DNA of 64,000 nucleotides from an uncultured Caldithrix sp. (GCA_964355675.1 CAYHEC010000017.1:4310-68309); one strand, 5' to 3'; positions 28,720 to 37,860 are shown, counted from the first letter of the stretch. Program-made: numbers and translations. Notes: generated by a model from the sequence alone, not told the origin.

Positions 28720-30107
28720 CAGGCGCAAAAATACTCATCGTAGATGATGAAAAGCTGATACGTTGGGCTTTGGAAAAAGGCCTGAAACAGATCGGTTTTC
28801 AAGTTGAAACTGCCGCAACCGGTGAGGAGGGACTTCAAAAATATGAGTCCTTCCTGCCCGACGCAGTTATTCTCGACAATAAGCTTCCCGGCATACAGGG
28901 TTTGGAGATTCTCAACGAGTTGAAGAGTCGTGACGCCCGGCTGATTATACTCTTTATGACCGCCTTCGGTACTATCGAAACTGCCGTCGAAGCAATGAAG
29001 CGCGGAGCTTATGATTATATCAATAAACCGTTTGTCTTCGAAGAAATTAGGCAACTGCTTGAAAAAGCCCTCTATGTTCAGCGATTGGATACTGAGGTCC
29101 AGACACTCAAGGCAGTGGTTCAGAAGCAGTTCGACACTGAGAATGTTATCTCACTTTCGCCAGCAATGCGCAATATACTGCAAATGGTGGATAAAATCGC
29201 GCGAAGTGAGGCTCCTACAGTATTGCTGACCGGCGAATCGGGAACAGGCAAGGACTTAATGGCGAGAGTCATCCATGAACGAGGTCCCCGCCGTCAACGT
29301 CCATTCGTTACTATCAATTGTTCAGCGCTTCCCGAGTCTCTTCTTGAAAGTGAATTGTTTGGCTACGAGAAAGGCGCCTTTACCGACGCAAAGCAGATGA
29401 AACGCGGTCAATTCGAACTCGCGTCTGGCGGGACGATCTACCTCGACGAAATTGGGGAAATCGCACTCGGACTTCAGGTCAAGCTCCTGCAGGTAATAGA
29501 AAACCGCATGTTCCGCCGGGTCGGAGGCGTTAAGGACATCCTTGTCGATTCTCTGATCATTGCCGCGACCAATATCAATCTGGCAAGCGCTGTCGAAGCC
29601 GGGATGTTCCGCCGCGATCTGTACTATAGACTTAACTTGATTCCAATTGAATTGCCGCCGTTAAAGTCGCGGCGGGAAGACATTGTTCCCATCGCTCTCT
29701 ATTTTGTGCGGAAATTCAACGATGAGTTTCATCGACATTTCAAGGGTATTACTGATGAAGTGAAGAAGATTCTCACCGAATATGATTGGCCTGGAAACAT
29801 TCGTGAATTACGCAACGTGGTCGAGCGAATTGTGATTCTCGAGAATGACGAAATGATCGAAGCCAACCATCTGCCCATCGAGTTGCGCCAATATGCGGAG
29901 GTTTCCTTGGATCAATCCCATTTCCTTTCAACCCAAGAATTGGGCATTGAAATTCCAGTAGAAGGACTCTCAATGGAAGCTGTCGAAAGGGAATTAGTAG
30001 TGAAAGCGCTGAACAAAACTGCCCAAAATCAAACCAAGGCAGCCAAGATGCTCGACATCACGCGAGACTCGCTTCGCTATAAGATGAAAAAGTTCGGGTT
30101 GCTGTAG
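28716..30107 (+). CDS. Sigma-54-dependent response regulator (NtrC family)
   Basis: REC (ILIVDDEK), AAA+ GESGTGKDL, ESELFGYEKGAFTDA, C-terminal Fis-type HTH. Confidence 0.85.
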   Translation: MTGAKILIVDDEKLIRWALEKGLKQIGFQVETAATGEEGLQKYESFLPDAVILDNKLPGIQGLEILNELKSRDARLIILFMTAFGTIETAVEAMKRGAYDYINKPFVFEEIRQLLEKALYVQRLDTEVQTLKAVVQKQFDTENVISLSPAMRNILQMVDKIARSEAPTVLLTGESGTGKDLMARVIHERGPRRQRPFVTINCSALPESLLESELFGYEKGAFTDAKQMKRGQFELASGGTIYLDEIGEIALGLQVKLLQVIENRMFRRVGGVKDILVDSLIIAATNINLASAVEAGMFRRDLYYRLNLIPIELPPLKSRREDIVPIALYFVRKFNDEFHRHFKGITDEVKKILTEYDWPGNIRELRNVVERIVILENDEMIEANHLPIELRQYAEVSLDQSHFLSTQELGIEIPVEGLSMEAVERELVVKALNKTAQNQTKAAKMLDITRDSLRYKMKKFGLL

Positions 30108-30115
30108 AACACCGT

Positions 30116-30355
30116 CTTGGAGGGCGGACTTCTCGCGTAGGATAAGCGTCCCGCTTGTCAAGAGCGGACTAAAAGAGTTCGTTGATTTATTCGTTCGAGT
30201 AGAGATTTGATCCTCTTGGAGGGGGGGCTTCAGCCCCCCCTAAAGGACGATCAAGCACAAACAAGGGCGGGCTGAAGCCCCCCCTCCAAGAGAATCTTGT
30301 CCGAATTGGCGTCTCAAGCGAATAAATCAACGAACTCTAAAAGTCCGCCCTCCAT
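30116..30355. repeat. Composite nested-palindrome element (~240 bp, MITE-like) built on family A ends
   Basis: Outer arms cttggagggcggact / agtccgccctccatg; inner perfect IR aaaagagttcgttgatttattcg / cgaataaatcaacgaactctaaaag; two central G8C/C8 hairpins. Confidence 0.75.
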
Positions 30356-30356
30356 G

Positions 30357-32102
30357 AATGAAATAACAAATTTAAATCACACCGTACCGGAGTTTCCAAT
30401 GGAAATTAAAGGCAAAAACATTCTCATCCTCGGAGGCTGGGGACTGGTCGGAACCGCGATTTGCCGTAAACTAATAGAATATGGACCTAAAAGTATAACA
30501 ATTGCCTCACTCACCAAAGCTCAAGCCGAAGAAGCCGTTGCCGAGTTAAAACCTATCGCCGCGAAGGTAAAACTGGCGGCGGAGTGGGGGAACATCTTCG
30601 TCCGAAACGAATTCAAAGATCTCTCACGCGATGAAATTCTTGGTAGCCGCGAACGGCGACTGATCCTTGCCGCAGATGTGCTTGAGAGAACGACTGCCAC
30701 CTCGTTCGGGCACTTTTTCCTCTACGACATGATCACCCGTTGCCAGCCCCACATCGTCATCGACTGCGTCAATACAGCAACCGGCGTAGCTTATCAAGAC
30801 ATCTACTCAGCAGGACTGCGCGTCCTTGAATTAGTAAAAGGAGTACAAGCCAACGAACCTGCCGAAGATTTCATTGTCGAAGTTGAGAAACTGCTCGATA
30901 CTCTTTATATACCGCAGATTGTGCGCCATGTGCAGGTGATCTATGCCGCAATGAAGGAAGCAAAAACGCACACATACGTCAAGGTTGGCACGTCTGGCAC
31001 TGGCGGGATGGGACTAAACATTCCTTACACTCACTCCGAAGACAAGCCGTCCCGAGTCTTACTATCTAAAAACTGTATTGCCGGAGCGCATTCGCTGTTG
31101 CTTTTCCTGATGGGAAGGACTCCGGATGCACCTTATGTCAAAGAGGTAAAACCTGCAACTGCCATAGCCTGGAAACGCATCGAGCGGGGAGACATCCTCA
31201 AAGGCGGCAAGCCGATCCCACTTTATGGCTGTCCGGCAGATAAATGTGTCAAGCTCGAGGGAACACTTGACACCGCCGCGAAACCTGCCGACTGCGAACC
31301 CCTCGGCAAGAACTTGCAAGGCGTCTTCATCGACACCGGTGAAAATGGGACATTTTCGCCCGGCGAGTTCACCGCCATTACTACTATTGGCCAGATGGAA
31401 TACATCACTCCTGAAGAGATCGCCAAGACAATCGCCTGGGAGATTGAAGGCGGTAACTCCGGGCACGACATCATCGGAGCCTTGGACGGCGCGGTGCTGA
31501 GTTCGACCTACCGTGCCGGTGTCATGCGGACTCTGGCCATCGACAAGATGAAAGCGATGCTAAAGGAAGAGTCAACCGACCCGGTGGCGTTTGAACTGCT
31601 TGGCCCGCCCCGCCTTTCCAAGCTACTGTACGAGGCGAACCTGTTGAAGCAGACATTCGGCTCAATCGACGCGGTGCTGAAAACAACTCCAAAGAAGCTC
31701 TCCGACGCCTGTATAAAATTGATCCAAAAAGATGACGGATTGCGGAGCAGAATAGTCTCCATCGGCATACCGATCCTGCTTGCCGACGGTAAATCTCTGT
31801 TGAAGGGACCCTTAGTCAAAGTCCCCGCCGATCCCCGTCGCACGAAGTTCACGATCACTCCCGATTCGATTGAGAACTGGTCACACAACGGCTGGGTTGA
31901 CTTAAGGGTTGCCAATATGGTGAAGTGGCAGGAAAGACTGATGTTGTTGAAGAATCAAGCCCTTGCCGTCACCACCGACGACACATCCTCGCATACGATC
32001 CGCGATGCGGCGTTTTGGAGCTTCGACAAACCTCTCGATGAAGGCGAGCTTGTCGGCTGGATCTTCATCGAAGAGGAAAAGGGTTTAAGGATGAAGAGTT
32101 AG
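30357..32102 (+). CDS. Hypothetical Rossmann-fold (NAD(P)-binding) protein, about 580 aa
   Basis: KNILILGGWGLVGTAI GxGxxG motif near the N-terminus; start set at ATG 30357 just outside the repeat (the ORF track starts inside the repeat at 30297). Confidence 0.5.
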   Translation, partial: NEITNLNHTVPEFPMEIKGKNILILGGWGLVGTAICRKLIEYGPKSITIASLTKAQAEEAVAELKPIAAKVKLAAEWGNIFVRNEFKDLSRDEILGSRERRLILAADVLERTTATSFGHFFLYDMITRCQPHIVIDCVNTATGVAYQDIYSAGLRVLELVKGVQANEPAEDFIVEVEKLLDTLYIPQIVRHVQVIYAAMKEAKTHTYVKVGTSGTGGMGLNIPYTHSEDKPSRVLLSKNCIAGAHSLLLFLMGRTPDAPYVKEVKPATAIAWKRIERGDILKGGKPIPLYGCPADKCVKLEGTLDTAAKPADCEPLGKNLQGVFIDTGENGTFSPGEFTAITTIGQMEYITPEEIAKTIAWEIEGGNSGHDIIGALDGAVLSSTYRAGVMRTLAIDKMKAMLKEESTDPVAFELLGPPRLSKLLYEANLLKQTFGSIDAVLKTTPKKLSDACIKLIQKDDGLRSRIVSIGIPILLADGKSLLKGPLVKVPADPRRTKFTITPDSIENWSHNGWVDLRVANMVKWQERLMLLKNQALAVTTDDTSSHTIRDAAFWSFDKPLDEGELVGWIFIEEEKGLRMKS

Positions 32103-32138
32103 GGAAGTGGGAAAGTGCGAAAGTAGGAAAGTGCGAAA

Positions 32139-32165
32139 GTGGGGCGGATTGCAATCCGCCCTACC
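32139..32165. repeat. Family A variant palindrome (ggggcggattgcaatccgcccta)
   Basis: Inverted repeat around a TTGCAA core. Confidence 0.55.
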
Positions 32166-32191
32166 GAATCGCCGCTGACGAAAAGCAAGGA

Positions 32192-32221
32192 CAGCCGTCA
32201 ATCCTCTGGGGTTGACGGTAT
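32192..32221 (+). terminator. GTCAACC-family terminator hairpin
   Basis: agccgtcaatcctctggggttgacggtatc. Confidence 0.6.
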
Positions 32222-32289
32222 CCGAAATGTCCTTCCAGCTTGTTTATCGGAGGATATTATATTAAATTGTAACAATCGCGGCAATTGAG

Positions 32290-32604
32290 ATGAACCTATT
32301 TCCGACTCCGCATCTTCTTGGTAACGCGTTACTTGATGAAGAACGAGAGAAGCATATTCTGATTCGTCATCCTGAATTATCCCGTGATCATCTTGAATTG
32401 ATTGGTGATGTACTTCTTAGACCAGACAACGTGAGAAGTAGCTCCCGCGATCATACAGCCTTGCTATTCTCAAGGTATTTCCCGGATTTTATGGGTGGCA
32501 AGCACATTGTTGTTGTCGTTGTTTCCAATTCCCTGACAGCCGCACATCGAATAATAACAGCCTATGTCACGAGGCGAATAATTGAAGGACACAAAAATGT
32601 CTAA
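32290..32604 (+). CDS. Small hypothetical protein, upstream partner of a DUF2283-like gene (possible toxin-like component)
   Basis: 104 aa; 8-bp overlap with the next small gene; no confident family. Confidence 0.4.
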   Translation: MNLFPTPHLLGNALLDEEREKHILIRHPELSRDHLELIGDVLLRPDNVRSSSRDHTALLFSRYFPDFMGGKHIVVVVVSNSLTAAHRIITAYVTRRIIEGHKNV

Positions 32605-32830
32605 CAGACTTACGATTACATACGACCGTGAAGGGGACATTCTTTACATAAATCGGATGGAACCTTATCCTGAGCAGGATTCAGAGGAAGTTGGCGACGA
32701 AGTCGTCGCACGATTGAATCCAATCACCCATGAAATTGAGAACCTTGAGTTGCTTTTCTTTTCGACGCGTCTCCTTAGAAAGGACGTCTTGGAATTGCCT
32801 ATTGAGGCAGAAATGCGGATGGCAGGATAA
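32597..32830 (+). CDS. DUF2283-like small protein (possible antitoxin-like partner)
   Basis: MSNRLTITYDREGDILYI...ITHEIENLELLF pattern typical of the DUF2283 family. Confidence 0.5.
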   Translation: MSNRLTITYDREGDILYINRMEPYPEQDSEEVGDEVVARLNPITHEIENLELLFFSTRLLRKDVLELPIEAEMRMAG

Positions 32831-32835
32831 GAAAG

Positions 32836-32863
32836 AGCCGTCAACCCTCCGGGGTTGACAGCG
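32836..32863 (+). terminator. GTCAACC-family terminator hairpin
   Basis: agccgtcaaccctccggggttgacagcgg. Confidence 0.6.
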
Positions 32864-32898
32864 GATCACTGGCTATTACTGATCGGTATCGGAGAAAG

Positions 32899-33783
32899 AT
32901 GAAACTTACATTGAAAAGCTTGGCTCAAAAAGTTCTTGAGGAAGCGAAAACCCCACTATCAGCAAATGAGATCTGGGAGGTTGCCAAAGAAAAAGGTTAT
33001 GATGGGGAATTACAGTCGATTGGGAAAACCCCATGGATGTCGATCTCAGCGCAAATCTATCGAGAACTCGTTTTGAAGCCTGAAAGTTCAATATTTGAAT
33101 TATTTGGAGAAAACCCTCGTCGCATCAAGCTTCGATCTTCCACAATTGTAACATCCAATGTACTTACTGAAACCTTCTCTACACCTGATTCAGTCAGTGA
33201 ACGAGACTCTTATCCCGAAGTCGCGAGGTTCATTCGGCGTCAATTCGGCGCATACTCAAAGATTATTGATGATCGAAAATCAAAGAAGGGTAAAAAAGGT
33301 GAGAATGAGTGGATGCATCCCGATATAGTTGCGTGTTACTTTCCATTCGAAGATTGGAATACTGAAGTGTATGATTTAGCACGACAACTTACAGGAACTC
33401 CTCAGAGGCTTTATGCATTCGAAGTTAAAAAGGAGATTCGATACGGGGATTTACGACAATCCTATTTTCAAGCTGTCTCAAACTCTTCATGGGCTAATGA
33501 AGCATACTTAGTAGCAGCCAATTTTCCAGATAAAGATGAGGATTTTATCGAAGAACTAAGAAGATTATCTGCTGCGTTTGGTATCGGAATTATCGAGCTT
33601 GATAAGAAAGACCCAGAAGCATCCTTGATTATTGTTGGTGCTCGCTACAACGAACAGCTTGACTGGATTACGATCAACAAAATTGCTGGATTGAATCCTG
33701 ATTTTAAGGACTTTATTACAAAAGTTGGGAAGGATTCTTCAACCAAAAACGTTAGCAAAGAGTGGTACCAGAAGGTTGAGTAG
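32899..33783 (+). CDS. HARE-HTH domain fused to a PD-(D/E)xK restriction-endonuclease-like domain
   Basis: N-terminus KVLEEAKTPLSANEIWEVAKEKGY...GKTPWMSISAQIYREL (HARE-HTH-like); C-terminus HPDIVACYF ... YAFEVKKE (D...ExK). Confidence 0.55.
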   Translation: MKLTLKSLAQKVLEEAKTPLSANEIWEVAKEKGYDGELQSIGKTPWMSISAQIYRELVLKPESSIFELFGENPRRIKLRSSTIVTSNVLTETFSTPDSVSERDSYPEVARFIRRQFGAYSKIIDDRKSKKGKKGENEWMHPDIVACYFPFEDWNTEVYDLARQLTGTPQRLYAFEVKKEIRYGDLRQSYFQAVSNSSWANEAYLVAANFPDKDEDFIEELRRLSAAFGIGIIELDKKDPEASLIIVGARYNEQLDWITINKIAGLNPDFKDFITKVGKDSSTKNVSKEWYQKVE

Positions 33784-33940
33784 TTGACGTTGCTTATTCC
33801 CACTTGACTTTTGCCTTCCATTTGCTTAGATTAGTGCTCACGAGGGTGGGCTTGCCTCAAGGGCAAACCTCCAACTTTGCGGGGACGGAATTAGGGGTGC
33901 GCAACTCTGAGTTTACCGTCCCCGCTTCTTTTGTAGGACA

Positions 33941-34018
33941 GCACCCCGGTAGCTCAATAGGATAGAGTCCCACCCTCGTAAGTTGGAGGTTGCGGGTTCG
34001 AATCCAACGTGGGGTGCG
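33941..34018 (+). tRNA. tRNA-like gene (candidate tRNA-Thr, anticodon CGT), irregular
   Basis: 7-bp acceptor GCACCCC/GGGGTGC, D-arm GCTCAATAGGATAGAGT, T-loop GGTTCGAATCC, anticodon loop CTCGTAA; spacing irregular (4 nt between acceptor and D-stem, weak T-stem). Confidence 0.5.
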
Positions 34019-34069
34019 ACCTTTTGATTGTGCGTTATTGAAAATATCTTTCCAAAATCCAAAATCTAT

Positions 34070-34766
34070 GTTACCACTAATCGCCATCGACGGCCCCGCC
34101 GGGGCCGGAAAATCATCCACTGCTCGTCAGGTCGCCTGGCGGCTCGGACTGCCTTATCTCGACACCGGAGGTCTCTACCGCGCCGCCGCTTGGGCGGTGC
34201 TGAAACAGCGAGTCGATCTCAAGGACCCGACCGCTATCTTCCACACTGTCGATAAAGCTGTCATCACTTTTGCCCAAGCCCAACGTGGCGTAAAATTTTG
34301 GGTCGATGGCGTTGACGTCACTATAGCCATCCGTCAGCCCGATGTGAATGTCGCTGTTTCGCCGGTCTGCGAAGTAGGAAATGTTCGTAAGAAACTCGTC
34401 GCCATGCAGAGAGGCTGGGCGGCGAGAGGTTTCGGTGTCCTTGAAGGTCGCGACATCGGTACGGTCGTCTGTCCCGAAGCAGGACTTAAGGTCTTTATGA
34501 CGGCACGACCCGAAATTCGCTCCATGCGTCGTGGAAAAGAGCTCGGCATCGATCAAGACCCCGAGTCCCTGACTCGTCTTACGACCGAGATTGCGGAACG
34601 CGACCGCCGGGATACAGAACGCACAGATTCCCCACTGAGACCTGGTGACGAGGCGGTTATTCTCGACACATCAGACATGACTTTTAACGAACAGGTGGAT
34701 ACTATTGTCAGGCTGGCGGCGGAGCGATTCGGTACGCGGCTCTACGCGGCTTCGACAAGACCTTGA
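34070..34766 (+). CDS. cmk: Cytidylate kinase
   Basis: IAIDGPAGAGKSSTARQVA...LDTGGLYR; start set at ATG 34070 (the ORF-track start at 33990 overlaps the tRNA). Confidence 0.85.
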
Positions 34767-34785
34767 TGGCTGTTAACTAAATAAT

Positions 34786-34940
34786 TTGGTAGCGCGTAGG
34801 GGCCGAAGCCACCGAAGGTGGCTTCGTGCCTGCCTCGGCCAGAAAAGCACGATCCCGACAAGTCGGGATCGGCTTCTACGCGGTTGTTAGCTTCTCGACA
34901 TGAACAAAGCTGTCAACCCTCCGGGATTGACAGCTTTGTC
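34786..34940. repeat. Structured intergenic element: nested palindromes plus a GTCAACC-family terminator
   Basis: gcgtaggggccgaagccaccgaaggtggcttcg..., cgatcccgacaagtcgggatcg, then agctgtcaaccctccgggattgacagctt. Confidence 0.6.
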
Positions 34941-35152
34941 ACTTAAAGAAATCCATTATTTTTGATTAACCTGCAAACAATTCACTTTCAATCTATAGAA
35001 CCATTGACTAATCCATAAAGGTATATTAATATGAAAGACTGAAGGTTTAAAACCAGAAGTCTCAAAATAACCGCAAAGATCGGAATGCCGTATGTTGAAT
35101 AGCGCCGGCGTTCTGTATCGACTCCATCCATTTAGGTATAACTGAGGTCGCT

Positions 35153-37252
35153 GTGAAGGAAGCACACCCCGAAAATATCCGCAATATTGCCTTGATTTCG
35201 CATCAAGGAGCCGGAAAAACAACTCTGACCGAGACCATGCTTCATCGCATGGGCGTCATCACACGTATGGGTTCTATCGAAGAAGGAAACACCCAGAGTG
35301 ACTATCATCATGACGAAATTACTCGAAAAATCTCGATTACTACGACTCTACTCGTCGGATACCATAACGGTATTAAATTGAATATACTTGACACGCCGGG
35401 ATTTACAGACTTTCAAGGTGACGTCATCAGTGCGGTTCGCGCCGCTGATTGTGCCTGTCTGCTGATAAATGCCACGTCAGGTATCGAGGTTGGGACCGAG
35501 TTGGTTTGGGGGATTGCTTCTGAAGTAAAATTACCGAAATTTTTCTTCGTAAATCATCTCGACAAAGAGCATGTCAATTTCGAGAAAATCTTCAATGAGT
35601 TGATCGAAGAATTTAGTGGCGCTGTACTTACTCAATTCCCAGTCAATCCGGGATCAGACGCCTTCAACCAGATCGTCGATTTGATCTCAATGAAGCTGAT
35701 CACTTATAATCCCGACGGGACAGAAAAATCACGCACCGATATTCCAGCGGAACTAAAGTCAAAAGCTGACGAATTACATCTTAAGCTGATTGAGCGATCC
35801 GCCGAAGCTGACGACGCGTTAATGGAGAAGTTCTTCGAGGAAGATACCCTTTCCCACGAGGACATGCTCGCCGGTTTAAGAAAAGGTCTTCGGGAAGGGA
35901 CATTGAATCCGGTTCTCTGCGGATCTGCCAAGAAACAGGTTGGTACCTCACTTCTTCTTGAATTCGTAAATTCTGCGGTCCCTTCACCGGCAGATATACC
36001 GTCATTCAAAGCGACTTTAGAAGGAAGCGAAAAGACGGTTATGCTGTCTTGTAACCCCACCGGCCTGCTGGCGGCATTGGTATTTAAGACTATCTCGGAA
36101 CAGCATGTTGGTGATCTTTCATTTTTTCGGGTTTTTTCCGGCACGATTGCCGCCGCATCGGAAGCCAGGAATTCGAAAAGAGCGTCATCCGAAAAAATCG
36201 GGCAAATTTTTACCGTCTCCTCGAAGACACGCAAATCAGCCGACGAAGTATCGGCCGGAGACATTGGCGCACTGGTAAAACTCCATAATACCCACTCTGG
36301 CGATACATTAACAGCAACCAAAGATGGAGTCATTCTTCCGACCATTCATTATCCTGATCCGGTCACTCGTACAGCGATGGTTCCGCGCCATCGAGGCGAG
36401 GAAGAGAAAATTTCGAACGGGTTGCACATACTCACCGAAGAAGATCCGACGATCAAATTCCATTATGACTCGGAGCTTGCACAACTAATCGTGGAAGCCC
36501 AGGGCGAACTCCATCTGAATAGCATGATCGACAAACTTAAAGACCGATTTGGAGTAGATGTAGATCAAGTTGAACCCCATATACCTTATCGCGAAGCTAT
36601 ACGCGGTCATGCCGAAGGTCAAGGAAAGTACAAAAAACAGTCTGGAGGCCGCGGACAGTTCGGTGACTGCTGGTTAAAGCTTGAGTCCATTCCCCGCGAT
36701 CACGAATTTGAATTCGTTGACGCCATCGTCGGCGGAGTCATTCCGGGCAAGTTTATCCCGGCTATCGAAAAAGGCGTAAAATCCGCGATGGTTGACGGCG
36801 TGATCGCTGGATTTACGGTTGTAGGTGTACGTTGCACGGTTTACGATGGGTCTTACCATACTGTTGACTCCTCAGAAAACTCCTTCAAAATTGCCGCCTC
36901 TATGGGATTTAAGAAAATATTCAAAGAGGCCAAACCGGTTGTTCTGGAACCAATCTACAACCTTGAATTGCGAGTCCCCGAGGAGTTCATGGGTGACGTC
37001 ATGGGGGACATATCTTCAAAACGAGGCAAGATCAGCGGAATGGATCGAGAGGGCAGATTCCAATTGATCAAAGCAAAAATTCCACTGGCCGAGTTGCACA
37101 AATACTCAAGTACGTTACGTTCGCTTACCGGCGGTCGAGGTAATCATCGCCAAAGCTTCTCTCATTATGAAGAAACGCCTGGAGACATTCAACAGAAACT
37201 GATGACCGCCTATGAAGAACGTCGTGCCAAAGGCGGCGCTGAAGAGGAGTAA
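35153..37252 (+). CDS. EF-G-family translational GTPase paralog with degenerate G motifs
   Basis: G1 SHQGAGKTT (canonical AHIDAGKTT), switch II DTPGFTDF (canonical DTPGHVDF), EF-G domains II-V present; 699 aa. Confidence 0.75.
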   Translation: MKEAHPENIRNIALISHQGAGKTTLTETMLHRMGVITRMGSIEEGNTQSDYHHDEITRKISITTTLLVGYHNGIKLNILDTPGFTDFQGDVISAVRAADCACLLINATSGIEVGTELVWGIASEVKLPKFFFVNHLDKEHVNFEKIFNELIEEFSGAVLTQFPVNPGSDAFNQIVDLISMKLITYNPDGTEKSRTDIPAELKSKADELHLKLIERSAEADDALMEKFFEEDTLSHEDMLAGLRKGLREGTLNPVLCGSAKKQVGTSLLLEFVNSAVPSPADIPSFKATLEGSEKTVMLSCNPTGLLAALVFKTISEQHVGDLSFFRVFSGTIAAASEARNSKRASSEKIGQIFTVSSKTRKSADEVSAGDIGALVKLHNTHSGDTLTATKDGVILPTIHYPDPVTRTAMVPRHRGEEEKISNGLHILTEEDPTIKFHYDSELAQLIVEAQGELHLNSMIDKLKDRFGVDVDQVEPHIPYREAIRGHAEGQGKYKKQSGGRGQFGDCWLKLESIPRDHEFEFVDAIVGGVIPGKFIPAIEKGVKSAMVDGVIAGFTVVGVRCTVYDGSYHTVDSSENSFKIAASMGFKKIFKEAKPVVLEPIYNLELRVPEEFMGDVMGDISSKRGKISGMDREGRFQLIKAKIPLAELHKYSSTLRSLTGGRGNHRQSFSHYEETPGDIQQKLMTAYEERRAKGGAEEE

Positions 37253-37253
37253 T

Positions 37254-37760
37254 TTGGAACGAATTTGGGCGCCTTGGAGACTTAAATACATCGAATCGAC
37301 ACTGATACCATCATCTGACTGCTTTCTCTGTGACGCTTCGCTTCAAGAAGTATGCTATGAGACGCTGACAGTCTGGCAAGACGAGACCACGCTCGTTATT
37401 ATGAACAGGTTCCCCTATAATAACGGGCACTTACTCATCGCTCCCAGGAAGCATGTCGGCGACATCTCAGATCTTACCATCTTAGAAGGCTCGGCATTGT
37501 TTGCATCATTGCAACGGGCAACCGGTTGGTTAACCGCGGTATATTCGCCGCATGGTTTCAATATCGGGATGAACCTTGGACGCGTTGCCGGAGCCGGCCT
37601 GCCGGGACATCTCCATATCCATCTCGTGCCAAGGTGGAGCGGAGATGTCAACTTTATGACAGTTGTTGGCGAAGTAAAGGTGATTTCGGAAAGTCTTGAG
37701 GTCGGGTGGGAGCGTATCCGGGCGGTGGTAGTGAAAAATAATGATCCGGTCGGTTCATAA
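37254..37760 (+). CDS. HIT-family nucleotide hydrolase/transferase
   Basis: Histidine triad GHLHIHLVPR; probable TTG start right after the EF-G stop. Confidence 0.65.
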   Translation: MERIWAPWRLKYIESTLIPSSDCFLCDASLQEVCYETLTVWQDETTLVIMNRFPYNNGHLLIAPRKHVGDISDLTILEGSALFASLQRATGWLTAVYSPHGFNIGMNLGRVAGAGLPGHLHIHLVPRWSGDVNFMTVVGEVKVISESLEVGWERIRAVVVKNNDPVGS

Positions 37761-37767
37761 TGTTCTT

Positions 37768-37860
37768 GGAGGGCGGACTTTCAGTCCGCTCTCGTCCGGG
37801 CAGGACAGGTTTCCAAACCTGTCAGAGCGGACTAAAAGTCCGCCCTCCAAGTATCAATTG
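37768..37860. repeat. Composite nested-palindrome element (family A ends, ~93 bp)
   Basis: cttggagggcggact...gacaggtttccaaacctgtc...agagcggactaaaagtccgccctccaag. Confidence 0.75.

Noticed and set aside
30297-30356. ORF-track start of the 601-aa protein at 30297
   Set aside because: The first 20 codons lie inside the composite palindrome arm. ATG 30357 immediately after the repeat is more plausible.
33990-34069. Extended cmk N-terminus (MRVRIQRGVRPFDC...)
   Set aside because: It overlaps the tRNA-like gene. The conserved Cmk N-terminus (MLPLIAIDGPAGAGKS) starts at 34070.
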